From an uncultured Lachnospiraceae bacterium (GTDB lineage: Bacteria > Bacillota > Clostridia > Lachnospirales > Lachnospiraceae), in contig CAMNSD010000017.1 of assembly GCA_946554445.1 (NCBI GenBank), positions 20,615 to 84,614 of the forward strand: a DNA stretch of 64,000 bases. Direction: 5' to 3'. Positions 10,544 to 20,246 of the stretch are shown in pieces. The position numbers and the translations under genes were made by a program. Position 1 is the first letter of the stretch, and each line of letters begins with the position of its first letter. Under the pieces are notes generated by a model that saw only the letters and a program-made list of their open reading frames with translations, was not told the DNA's origin and made no database searches.

Positions 10544-11391
10544 TGGATGAGGAAAAGAGACTTTCAAATAAAAAGAATATCCTGTTTAGCATTGTTTCGG
10601 TAGTGCTTCTGTGCATTCTGTTGTTCCCATTGTATTGGGCATTGATCACCTCGCTTAAGACGGAGCAGGAAATCTTCCAGAATCCGCCCACCTTTTATCC
10701 CCATGTGGTGAACACGAAATCCTATGCGGCGCAGGTGGAGACCGGAGACTTTAATATGTTCCGTTCCTTTGGCAACAGCTTCTTGATTTCAGTGGGGGCT
10801 ACGATTATTGCGGTGCTATTGGCGGTGCCGGCTTCCTATGGGATTGCCAAATACCATTTTAAAGCGAGAAAGGTGATGCTGCTGTCCTTTCTGGTGACAC
10901 AGATGCTGCCGGTATCAGTGCTTTTGACGCCTATGTTTATTATGTTTAAAAACATGCATGTGTATAATACCTGGGTGGCGGCCGTGCTGGCGGATGCTAC
11001 CATCGGTATTCCCTTTTCCGTATTGATACTGAAAAATTACTTTGCATCCATCCCGAAAGATTTGGAGGAGGCGGCCTATCTGGACGGGTGTAATAAGTTC
11101 AGCGCTTTTGTGAGGATTTTGATTCCCATTGCCAAGCCGGGCGTCATGGTCTGTGCGATCTTCTCCTTCCTCTATGCCTGGGGAGACCTGGCGTATGGAA
11201 TGACCTTTATCCTGGATCAGGAGAAGCGGCCGATTACCGCGGGTATCTTTAACTTCATGGGACAGTATGGGACCAAGTGGAGTTATCTGACAGCTTTTGC
11301 GGTGGTGACGATTATTCCTGTTGCATTGATCTTTATCTTTATGCAAAAATATATTGTGAGCGGTATGACGAGCGGGGCGGTCAAAGGGTAA
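10540..11391 (+). CDS. Carbohydrate ABC transporter permease
   Basis: LEEAAYLDGC motif; ends SGMTSGAVKG. Confidence 0.95.
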   Translation: MMDEEKRLSNKKNILFSIVSVVLLCILLFPLYWALITSLKTEQEIFQNPPTFYPHVVNTKSYAAQVETGDFNMFRSFGNSFLISVGATIIAVLLAVPASYGIAKYHFKARKVMLLSFLVTQMLPVSVLLTPMFIMFKNMHVYNTWVAAVLADATIGIPFSVLILKNYFASIPKDLEEAAYLDGCNKFSAFVRILIPIAKPGVMVCAIFSFLYAWGDLAYGMTFILDQEKRPITAGIFNFMGQYGTKWSYLTAFAVVTIIPVALIFIFMQKYIVSGMTSGAVKG

Positions 11392-11392
11392 T

Positions 11393-11507
11393 AGTACGAG
11401 AAGTACTTCTAAAGACGTCCCGCCATGGGACGGGACGCCAAGAAGTACTAGAAGTTGCTTCGCGACTTCGTCTCGTACTGGAGAATGCCTGAGAAACGGC
11501 ATTCTCC
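11393..11507. repeat. Nested multi-hairpin intergenic element
   Basis: agtacgag/ctcgtact enclosing agtacttct/agaagtact, cgtccc/gggacg and gaagttgc/gcgacttc; then 10-bp ggagaatgcc/ggcattctcc. Confidence 0.7.
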
Positions 11508-11546
11508 GCGTGAACTGAGAGATGGAAGAAGAAAGGTGGAAAAAAG

Positions 11547-13526
11547 ATGCTGGATATCAGGGAGAATAAGTTGATTTATCATTACGACGCGGAAGAGGTG
11601 TGGATTGAGCCCTGGGGGCCCAATGCTTTGCGGGTGCGGGCCACGAAGGAAGCACGGATGCCGGAGGAGGACTGGGCCTTATGTCATAGGGGCGAGGCGG
11701 AGGCGGAGATTTCTTACACCGAAGAGGGCGCCAGGATTGTCAACGGTAAGATTCGCGCAGAGATTACGAAGCTTGGCAAGATTATGATATACAATGCGGG
11801 CGGGCGTCTGCTTCTGGAGGAGTATTGCAGGAACAGAAGAGATGTGCTGGATCGAAAGTGCAGTGCGATTGAAGTGGAAGCCAGGGAATTCAAGCCTATC
11901 CAGGGCGGGGATTATCATCTGACCATGCGGTTTGAGTCGGTGGACAAAGATGAGAAAATCTACGGAATGGGGCAGTATCAACAGCCGTATTTGAATCTAA
12001 AAGGGCTTGATTTGGAACTGGCCCACCGTAATTCCCAAGCTAGTGTGCCTTTTGCGGTCTCTTCTTTGGGATATGGTTTCCTGTGGAATAATCCTGGCGT
12101 GGGGCGCGCTGTGTTTGGCAGGAATATCATGAGTTTTGAGGCCTATTCTACCAAGGCGCTGGATTATTGGGTGACAGCGGGCGATACGCCGGCGGAGATT
12201 GAGGAAGCCTATGCGGCAGTGACCGGGACCGTGCCTATGATGCCGGAGTACGGGCTGGGGTTCTGGCAGTGTAAGCTGCGTTATCAGACGCAGGAGGAAT
12301 TGCTTGCTGTGGCCAGGGAGTACAAGCGCAGGAACCTGCCCATTGACCTGATCGTCATTGACTTCTTTCACTGGCCTAAGCAGGGAGAATGGAAGTTTGA
12401 TCCGGTGTATTGGCCGGATCCACAGGCTATGGTACAGGAATTGAAGGAGATGGGCATAGAATTAATGGTATCCATCTGGCCCACTGTGGATAAGACCTGT
12501 GAAAATTATGAGGAGATGCTGGAAAAAGGTTATCTGATCCGCACCGAGAGAGGTTTTCGCGTGGGACTGGATTTTCAGGGAGCCACCATCCACTATGACG
12601 CCACCAATCCAGGAGCCAGGGAATATGTGTGGAATAAGGCGAAGAAGAATTATTATGATATGGGTATCAAGGTGTTTTGGCTGGATGAGGCGGAGCCGGA
12701 ATACACCGTCTATGATTTTGACAACTATCGCTATCACCGGGGCACTAACCTGCAGATTGGCAATACTTATCCGGTGGATTATGCCAGAACTTTCTATGAA
12801 GGCATGGAGCGGGAAGGGCAGACCAATATTGTGAATCTCCTGCGCTGTGCCTGGGCGGGTAGCCAGAAATACGGCGCCCTGGTGTGGTCGGGAGACATCG
12901 CTTCCAGTTTCGAGAGTATGCGCAATCAGCTGGCAGCTGGTCTGAACATGGGACTTGCAGGGATTCCCTGGTGGACTACAGATATCGGCGGGTTCCACGG
13001 CGGCAATCCGGATGATCCGAAATTCAGGGAACTTTTTGCCCGGTGGTTTGCCTGGGGAACGTTCTGTCCGGTGATGCGCCTGCATGGCGACAGGGAGCCG
13101 AGACAGCCCCAGTACGGCACCACAGGCGGAGCGACCTGCTGTTCCGGGGCCGCCAACGAAGTGTGGAGTTATGGGGAAGAGGTATATGAAATCTGTAAGA
13201 AGTATATGGAATACAGGGAACAGATGCGTCCCTATACGAGAAAGCTGATGGAAGAAGCTCATGAGAAGGGTACGCCGGTGATGAGGACGCTCTTCTATAT
13301 GTATCCCCAGGATACCGCATGCTGGGATGTGGAAGATGAGTATATGTACGGACCTGAAATATTGGTGGCGCCGGTTCTTTATGCCGGACAGGAAAAGCGT
13401 AGTGTCTACCTTCCGAAAGGAGAGGACTGGGTGGAAAGTTTTACCGGAAAGGAATATGCAGGCGGACAATGGATTGAGGCGGATACGCCGCTTGATGTGA
13501 TTCCGGTATTTGTGCGGAAAAAGTAA
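11547..13526 (+). CDS. Glycoside hydrolase family 31 (alpha-xylosidase/alpha-glucosidase-like)
   Basis: IVIDFFHW, FWLDEAEPE nucleophile motif, WSGD, WTTDIGGF, MRLHG. Confidence 0.92.
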   Translation: MLDIRENKLIYHYDAEEVWIEPWGPNALRVRATKEARMPEEDWALCHRGEAEAEISYTEEGARIVNGKIRAEITKLGKIMIYNAGGRLLLEEYCRNRRDVLDRKCSAIEVEAREFKPIQGGDYHLTMRFESVDKDEKIYGMGQYQQPYLNLKGLDLELAHRNSQASVPFAVSSLGYGFLWNNPGVGRAVFGRNIMSFEAYSTKALDYWVTAGDTPAEIEEAYAAVTGTVPMMPEYGLGFWQCKLRYQTQEELLAVAREYKRRNLPIDLIVIDFFHWPKQGEWKFDPVYWPDPQAMVQELKEMGIELMVSIWPTVDKTCENYEEMLEKGYLIRTERGFRVGLDFQGATIHYDATNPGAREYVWNKAKKNYYDMGIKVFWLDEAEPEYTVYDFDNYRYHRGTNLQIGNTYPVDYARTFYEGMEREGQTNIVNLLRCAWAGSQKYGALVWSGDIASSFESMRNQLAAGLNMGLAGIPWWTTDIGGFHGGNPDDPKFRELFARWFAWGTFCPVMRLHGDREPRQPQYGTTGGATCCSGAANEVWSYGEEVYEICKKYMEYREQMRPYTRKLMEEAHEKGTPVMRTLFYMYPQDTACWDVEDEYMYGPEILVAPVLYAGQEKRSVYLPKGEDWVESFTGKEYAGGQWIEADTPLDVIPVFVRKK

Positions 13527-13686
13527 AAAATATAAAATGTTTTTTGGCATCAGGGAAAGGGATTGCGACAAGCAGTCCCTTTCTGTTATAATCGGCAGTG
13601 ACACAGAAATATGATAAGTAAATAGCTGTCAAGCAGGAATTTTAAGGAATGTTGGCGGCAGTGACAAGGCATAGGGGAAGATAAAT

Positions 13687-15582
13687 ATGGAAGAATATAG
13701 AACCGACAGCATTAAAAAATACGAATATGTTATGGAGCCATCGGAAATACGGGAATTTTGCCTGGCAGTCCTGTGGGAACAAGTTAAATGCCGCAAGGGA
13801 ACATGGCTGCGGCTTCTGCTCATCGTGGCGCTGGAATTTTTGATCATTCCGGAGGCGGCTTTGCTGGTCGTCGGCTTGATCTTGTTGATGTTTGTTGTGT
13901 CAGGGATTTATAATTATACGGTCACATACAAACTTTTATCAGGCCAGCCTTGGTGTGTCTGGGTGGAAGACGGCAAATTTAAGACGGTAAGGGGAGATTA
14001 CAGCGAAGTACCGTGCAGAAATATACAGTTTATCCGTATGAAGAAACATCTGGTGATGCTGGGATATATGCAGGCGGTAAAGCGTCCCGCATGGTTTGTG
14101 ATGCCGTTACGCGTCTTTGTAAATGCAATGGAGCGGGAGGATTTCCTAAACCAGATCCGTAATCCGCAGGCGGAAGCAAGGGCAGAGTATACGGGAGCGG
14201 CGTATGGTGGTATGGCCAATCCGCAGGAATATATGCGGTTTCATTTCATGCTGGATGGCGAGAGATGGGTACGGTTCCAGAAAGGCGCTGCAGATATTTT
14301 GAACAGCACGAGCCTGGGGACACCCATGCGGCTCTATGGCATGGTCATCGTAGGGCTTGTAATGGCGGTTGCCACGACAGCCTGCAGCTATTTCGTGGCG
14401 CGAACCTTCAACTGGATGCTGGTGGTTTTTTGTCTTTCCATTACCATCTGGATGATTTTGCGGCTGTATTGCCGCAATCCGGAAAAAGAAATCCGCAAGC
14501 AGCTGCGGTCACCGGAAATAGCGGCTAAAGTCTGCGGTCTCTGGCAGGTATCTCTGGCCGGGGAGGGGATAACAGCCATTATGCCGATGGACATGAAGAG
14601 TATATATACCTGGGACTCGCTGCAGTGGTTGGTGGAGACAGAGGAAGCTTTTTACCTTTTTCATCAGGATAAAAGACATTATATCATGGTTGCAAAGGAA
14701 AGTTTTGTCAGCTGGGAGCAGGTGGATGCGTTCCACCGAATCTGTGCGGATCATGGGATGCAAAAGGTCCCGTCGAAGAAGGCGTTTTATGTGCCGGGTT
14801 GGCTGACCTGGGTAATCTTTGCCCTGATCATAGGGGTGAGCCTGACGGTTCTTACGGGGAAGATTTTGGGGAATACCAGGGATATGACAGAAGATGTTAT
14901 GGAGGCGCAGAGGGAGCAAAACAGTGGATACATGGAATTAGACAGGGACGATTATCCTGGCTATGTACCGTTAGACAAACAAGTGGCTGTTCTGGCTTCC
15001 CTGGGGATTTCCGTGCCGGAGGAGACGGTTGCTTCCATGCAGGAATTTATGACAGAGTATGATATGTATGATCTGGTGGAAGGGAGTCCTTATACATGGC
15101 TTCTGATGGATGTGGGTGCGCCTGCGTACGATGAGGACTTTAATCTGGTGGGTTATTCCGACCAGGTATTCTGGTTTGATTTTGAAGGGCTTGATATTTA
15201 TACAGATTATATCACTGTATTAAACGGGATGCTGGCACTGGCTCAGGGAAGTCCGATTGAGAGTATCAGCGAAATCAGGGAAGACATAGATGATGAGGAA
15301 TGGGAAAGGGGCTGGGGGACTGTCACAGTCAGCCTGGACTGGCAGGGGCAGACGTATCTGTATGATATGAAAATGGATTATGACTGGATTGATGGAGATG
15401 TACTGGGCATACTGAATCCGCTTTTGGAACAGGAAGGATCACAGAAGTATTTCTATGCGACAGGAGATGACGGGCAGGGAGCTATTGTATTTTTCTGTAC
15501 ACCGCAGTGGGCGGAGGAATTTGAGAAAAAGACGGGCCTTTTATTAGGCATGAGCAGAACGAAGGCTAATGAAATACAATAG
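13687..15582 (+). CDS. Hypothetical membrane protein, two YcxB-like modules plus acidic C-terminal domain
   Basis: 631-aa ORF with RBS; paired TMs followed by YTWDSLQWLVETEEAFYLF-type segment; fifth TM then acidic domain. Confidence 0.7.
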   Translation: MEEYRTDSIKKYEYVMEPSEIREFCLAVLWEQVKCRKGTWLRLLLIVALEFLIIPEAALLVVGLILLMFVVSGIYNYTVTYKLLSGQPWCVWVEDGKFKTVRGDYSEVPCRNIQFIRMKKHLVMLGYMQAVKRPAWFVMPLRVFVNAMEREDFLNQIRNPQAEARAEYTGAAYGGMANPQEYMRFHFMLDGERWVRFQKGAADILNSTSLGTPMRLYGMVIVGLVMAVATTACSYFVARTFNWMLVVFCLSITIWMILRLYCRNPEKEIRKQLRSPEIAAKVCGLWQVSLAGEGITAIMPMDMKSIYTWDSLQWLVETEEAFYLFHQDKRHYIMVAKESFVSWEQVDAFHRICADHGMQKVPSKKAFYVPGWLTWVIFALIIGVSLTVLTGKILGNTRDMTEDVMEAQREQNSGYMELDRDDYPGYVPLDKQVAVLASLGISVPEETVASMQEFMTEYDMYDLVEGSPYTWLLMDVGAPAYDEDFNLVGYSDQVFWFDFEGLDIYTDYITVLNGMLALAQGSPIESISEIREDIDDEEWERGWGTVTVSLDWQGQTYLYDMKMDYDWIDGDVLGILNPLLEQEGSQKYFYATGDDGQGAIVFFCTPQWAEEFEKKTGLLLGMSRTKANEIQ

Positions 15583-15597
15583 GGCAGGAAGTTCCTG

Positions 15598-16353
15598 TCA
15601 TTTTCTCTTGTTCAAAAATTCCTTGCGGTATTGGCTGGGTGAAATGTTATAGTAGGTGCGGAAGGCTTTGCTGAAATAGTGGTTATCTGCATATCCCAGA
15701 CGCTCCGCAATGTCAATGATCTTATTATTTTCGTCTTCTAAAAGTTCTTTGGCGCGCTCCATGCGCAGTTTCAGAACATATTCATAGATGGTGTAGCCGT
15801 ATTTGTTGCGGAACAGCTTAGTCAGGTACTCGATGGAAAAATAATATTTTTCTGCAAACATGGTAATCTTGATGTTTTGGCAGTAGTTGCTATCGATGTA
15901 TTCCTTAATAATACGGATTGCTTCTTCGGGAGAGATTTCTTCTTTTCCGTTTTCCTCGGATTCTCCAAAGACAGCGTCCGGGTCGATGCGGAGGAGTGCC
16001 CTTTCGATGGCGGTGTTCAATTCTTCTTCTACAATCGGTTTTAGCAGATATTCGCAGGCACCGTAGCGAATGGCTTGTTGGGCGTAAGAGAACTGGTCAT
16101 AGCCGCTGACCACGATATACTGGCTGTCAGGAAATTCCTGTGAGGCTTGCATCAGAAAGGAAGCGCCGTTCATAACCGGCATGTTCATATCCACAAATAC
16201 CAGATCCGGACGGAATTCCCGCATGGCAGACAGGCCATCCTTGCCATTGACGGCCAGATGGGGGGATTCCACATGATAATATTTCCAGTGACCGAGTTTT
16301 TGGATGGCAATCTGCACTGGTTTTTCATCATCAATAATGAGCGCTTTATACAT
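15598..16353 (-). CDS. Response regulator, REC plus AraC HTH
   Basis: LIIDDE, VDMNMPVMNG, YLLKP, C-terminal HTH. Confidence 0.95.
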   Translation of the reverse strand: MYKALIIDDEKPVQIAIQKLGHWKYYHVESPHLAVNGKDGLSAMREFRPDLVFVDMNMPVMNGASFLMQASQEFPDSQYIVVSGYDQFSYAQQAIRYGACEYLLKPIVEEELNTAIERALLRIDPDAVFGESEENGKEEISPEEAIRIIKEYIDSNYCQNIKITMFAEKYYFSIEYLTKLFRNKYGYTIYEYVLKLRMERAKELLEDENNKIIDIAERLGYADNHYFSKAFRTYYNISPSQYRKEFLNKRK

Positions 16354-18145
16354 AAGGTACTCCTTTCGTGACCGGAAGAGTCAATACAATTTCTGTGTAC
16401 AGTTTTTCTTGGGTGTGGATATCCAGAGAGGCGGGCTTGTCATAGAGCAGGCGTATCCGGCTGTAGAGATTAGCGAGGCCAATTCCGCCGTATTTACCAG
16501 TGTTTTTCTGCAGATCAAAATCTGAATACAGCTTGTCAAGCTGCCCGGGGGCAATGCCGCATCCGTTATCCCGTACTTTAATTATGACAGATGTGTCATT
16601 GTATTCTGCCGAGACTTCTATATGGATTGTGTTTGTGTTGCCGGATTTTCCGTGTATTATGGAATTTTCCACCAGTGTCTGGATGCTGATTTTAGGAATC
16701 AGGCAGTTTTCCGCGTCCGAATCGATGCTGCTGGTAAATTCCAGGGCATCATCCATGCGGATTTTTTGTAGAAAGATATAGTCATTCACATAGTTCATTT
16801 CCTGTTTTAGAGGCACCAGCGTGTCGCCTTTGATCGTGTAGCGCAGGTTGGAAGCGAGGGCAGTGATCATCCGGTGGATTTGAGGTTGATCATTGACCAG
16901 GGCTTCTGTGGAGACAGCCTGCAGGGTGTTATATAAAAAGTGCGGATTCAACTGAGCCTCCAGGGCTGCCAGTTTGGCATCCTTTTCGCTTAGTTCCGCC
17001 ACATAAGTGCGCTTGATGAGCTGATCAATATGGGTGACCATGGAGTTAAAACTTTCTGAAAGCCTGCAGATTTCAGCGCTTCCAGCCACATTAATCCTGG
17101 CGTGGAAATCACCTTCGCCGGTTTTATGCATCTGGGTGGCAAGCATTCGCAGAGGAATCGTCAGAAGCCGCAAAAGCATGTAAATCAACAGGATGGTAAA
17201 GAGCCATACCCAGATACCGCTTACCATGATGGATTGTCTGAGCTTCCCAATCTGGGAATCTATGTAAGAGAGCGGCGTCAAGCTTACCAGATGAATACCG
17301 GTGGTTTCGCTGCCTGCTTCCACGAGCAGGAACGGCTGACCGGTAAATTCTACCGTTTCATAACCGTCAGACTGTTTTTTGCGATTAGAGAGGGCAGACG
17401 TAAATTCCCTGCTGTTTCCAAGCAGTTCTTCATGGTTGGAAAAAATAATTTCATCATTATCATTTAAGAAAACAATGATTTCCTCATGTTCCGAGTGATT
17501 TTCAATCAGCTGTTTGGCATAGGTGTCATCCAGTTGCAGACGGACAATGGCTTGACTGACTCTGCCTTTGATTTGAAAGAGAGAGTGGTAGTAAACGAGG
17601 CTTGCGGAAGAATCCGAAGCCTTGATGCTGTGATGCAGGCTGCTTGCTTCACAGTCCAAAAGCGATTCATGGACACCCTCCGGCGCTGTTTCCTGGGCGA
17701 TGATATGCTGTTGGCCATTGGTGCGGCCGATGGATAAGTCCTGGTGGAGCAGGTACAGCTCATAGTCCAGAATATCGTTTCTTGTATAGTAATAGTAGAA
17801 CATCTGCTGTTTAGCGTAAGAGAGCTGTTCGGAAGTCAGGGGAGTATCCTGTTCCACAATTCTGGTAAAGCGGGAGTCATAATAAGGCTGGATACAAAAA
17901 TTGGCAAGATCTAAAAGGTAATTATCCAGATTCTCCAGTTCCAGGCTGAGAATTTTACGGGTGGTATCGATCTGATTATTGATGGTCAGATTTCTGGTGG
18001 AAGTGTAGTCCTTATAGATCAGATAACCGGCCACCAGAGTAGTGATCAGCACCATAAATATGGTTAACTGCATCCAGAGGGCGGTACGGCTAAGGAGAGT
18101 TTTACAATATGTTTTTAGGTTCCGGATGAAGTTTCGCAGATTCAT
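16346..18145 (-). CDS. Sensor histidine kinase, YesM-like
   Basis: ALEAQLNPHFLYNTL, ENSIIHG, DNGCG; start reassigned to MNLRN behind GGAGG. Confidence 0.93.
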   Translation of the reverse strand: MNLRNFIRNLKTYCKTLLSRTALWMQLTIFMVLITTLVAGYLIYKDYTSTRNLTINNQIDTTRKILSLELENLDNYLLDLANFCIQPYYDSRFTRIVEQDTPLTSEQLSYAKQQMFYYYYTRNDILDYELYLLHQDLSIGRTNGQQHIIAQETAPEGVHESLLDCEASSLHHSIKASDSSASLVYYHSLFQIKGRVSQAIVRLQLDDTYAKQLIENHSEHEEIIVFLNDNDEIIFSNHEELLGNSREFTSALSNRKKQSDGYETVEFTGQPFLLVEAGSETTGIHLVSLTPLSYIDSQIGKLRQSIMVSGIWVWLFTILLIYMLLRLLTIPLRMLATQMHKTGEGDFHARINVAGSAEICRLSESFNSMVTHIDQLIKRTYVAELSEKDAKLAALEAQLNPHFLYNTLQAVSTEALVNDQPQIHRMITALASNLRYTIKGDTLVPLKQEMNYVNDYIFLQKIRMDDALEFTSSIDSDAENCLIPKISIQTLVENSIIHGKSGNTNTIHIEVSAEYNDTSVIIKVRDNGCGIAPGQLDKLYSDFDLQKNTGKYGGIGLANLYSRIRLLYDKPASLDIHTQEKLYTEIVLTLPVTKGVPYV

Positions 18146-18334
18146 AATCCTCCTGTGTGGAATTGTACAAACTGCCATTTCGTATAGGGCGATACCACAC
18201 ATTTCTTACAAAATATATCTTACTATATTCTCAAAAACAGGACAATAGTTATAAAAATTTGTTCAAAAATTTGCACCTATCTGTTTGGGAAATTCCATTT
18301 TTCTGACAAAATCCATAATTTATAATAAAAGTAT

Positions 18335-18418
18335 GTTCCTGCGGAACAAACTTTGCGAGATTCGCTTCGCGAACTCGGAATTGATTGAACAAAAATACGT
18401 TCCTTCGGAACAAACTTT
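18335..18418. repeat. Doublet of 20-bp palindromic direct repeats flanking a central hairpin
   Basis: gttcc-tgc-ggaacaaacttt (18335) and gttcc-ttc-ggaacaaacttt (18399), with ttcgc-ttc-gcgaa between them. Confidence 0.75.
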
Positions 18419-18445
18419 AAGTGTAGGAAAGGAATTGTACAGTCT

Positions 18446-19324
18446 ATGAGCAAAAAAGCAAAAGGACAGTTGGAAACAGTGTTGTTTTCCCTGCCGGCGA
18501 TCATTTTGGTATGCCTGATGATGTATCTGCCGTTTGTTCTTAGTGGATACTACTCGCTGACAGAGTGGAATGGTATTTCCAAAGAGGCCAAGTTTATCGG
18601 CTTGCAGAATTTTAAGACGATCTTTGTGGAGAGTAAGGACTTTCGGGAATCTCTCTGGTTTACCACCCGCTATACCTTCTTTTTTGTGATTTTTTCCAAT
18701 GTCTTTGCGCTGGCGCTGGCAGTGGTACTCACGAAGAAATTTAAGGCGGCGAATTTTTACAGGGGCATTTTCTTCATTCCCTATATCATGAGTATGACAA
18801 TTGTAGGTTTTATCTGGAAATTTATCTTCACCAGCGGGTTTGAGAAATTATATGAAGTGACTGAGTGGGGATTGTGGAATTTCAGCTGGCTGGGCGATCC
18901 GAAACTGGTATTTTATTCCGTGGCTTTTGTGGGGGTATGGCAGTCGCTGGGATTCTATATTGTACTTTACATAGCGGGCCTGCAGGCGGTGCCCAAAGAT
19001 GTGATGGAAGCCGCGGTGGTGGACGGCGCCACCAACAGGCAGAAATTCTTTAAGGTGACATTACCGCTTCTTGGTCCTTCCTTTACAACCTGTATCTTTA
19101 TGTCGCTGACCAATGGTTTAAAAGTGTTTGATATTATCCTGGCGCTCACCAAAGGCGGACCGGGAACGGCGACCAATAGTGTGACATTGCAGATTTATAA
19201 AGAAGCTTTTACCAACAATAATTATGGTCTGGGTTCGGCGCAGTCTATCATTTATTTCCTGTTTGTGCTGATCTTGACACAGCTTGTTTTGAAAGGTTTT
19301 AGCAGGAAGGAGGTTGATCTGTAA
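18446..19324 (+). CDS. Carbohydrate ABC transporter permease
   Basis: VMEAAVVDGA motif. Confidence 0.95.
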   Translation: MSKKAKGQLETVLFSLPAIILVCLMMYLPFVLSGYYSLTEWNGISKEAKFIGLQNFKTIFVESKDFRESLWFTTRYTFFFVIFSNVFALALAVVLTKKFKAANFYRGIFFIPYIMSMTIVGFIWKFIFTSGFEKLYEVTEWGLWNFSWLGDPKLVFYSVAFVGVWQSLGFYIVLYIAGLQAVPKDVMEAAVVDGATNRQKFFKVTLPLLGPSFTTCIFMSLTNGLKVFDIILALTKGGPGTATNSVTLQIYKEAFTNNNYGLGSAQSIIYFLFVLILTQLVLKGFSRKEVDL

Positions 19325-20163
19325 TGAGTCGGGATGCTAAGAGAAAAGTAAAAAAATGGATTATGATCATCTGCCTTACATTGGTGGCATGTTTCTATAT
19401 TTATCCGGTCTTTTTGATGGTTATGAACTCCTTCAAGCCTTTTGGCGAGATTATTGCCGATGTGCTGGCATTGCCGAAAAGTTTTGACATTTCCAATTAC
19501 ACTTATGTGGTGGATAAGATGAAATATCTGCTGCTGTTCCGCAACAATGTGATCATCACTGCGATTGGGATTGCGGGTATAGTGGTGTTTTCTTCCATGG
19601 CAGCCTATATCCTGGAAAGAAGGGAAGGAAGGTACTGTAAGATTGCACATACTATCATCATTACGCCCATGTTGATTCCTTTTCAGGCGATTATGATCAC
19701 CCTGTTAAAGTCCATGAACATCTTCCATCTTTCCGGAAGCAAGATTGGATTGGGAATCCAGTATTGGGGATTCGGTATCCCAATGGCCACGTTTATTATC
19801 TATAATTTTATGAAGACCATCCCAAGAGAGTTAGATGAGAGCGCTACCATTGATGGCGCTTCTACCTTCCGCACCTTTGTTTCCATCATATTCCCGCTGT
19901 TAAAGTCTGTAATCGTGACGGTGATCGTGCTGGATGTGATGTGGATTTGGAATGATTTTCTGCTTCCTCTGTTAATGGTCAACAGCAATAATGAGACCAA
20001 GACATTGGTGCTTGCGGCATATACCTTCGTGGGACAGATGAATACCAAGTGGAATTATGCATTGACTGCCATGGTATTGGCGATCGTGCCCTCTGTGATC
20101 GTGTTCATCTTGCTGCAGAAGTATATTGTGGAAGGCGTTGTGGCAGGAGCGGTAAAAGGCTGA
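19324..20163 (+). CDS. Carbohydrate ABC transporter permease
   Basis: LDESATIDGA motif; ends VAGAVKG. Confidence 0.95.
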   Translation: MSRDAKRKVKKWIMIICLTLVACFYIYPVFLMVMNSFKPFGEIIADVLALPKSFDISNYTYVVDKMKYLLLFRNNVIITAIGIAGIVVFSSMAAYILERREGRYCKIAHTIIITPMLIPFQAIMITLLKSMNIFHLSGSKIGLGIQYWGFGIPMATFIIYNFMKTIPRELDESATIDGASTFRTFVSIIFPLLKSVIVTVIVLDVMWIWNDFLLPLLMVNSNNETKTLVLAAYTFVGQMNTKWNYALTAMVLAIVPSVIVFILLQKYIVEGVVAGAVKG

Positions 20164-20246
20164 GATTATTCGGAAGCGGTAAGACCGCCTATCCAATAAT
20201 ATAAAATGGCGCCCATACCATAATTTATGGGAGAAGGAGGATATCT

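Noticed and set aside
12462-13604. 380-aa antisense ORF opposite GH31, and the many other overlapping ORFs in the track
   Set aside because: Shadow frames of well-supported genes with no recognisable motifs or RBS
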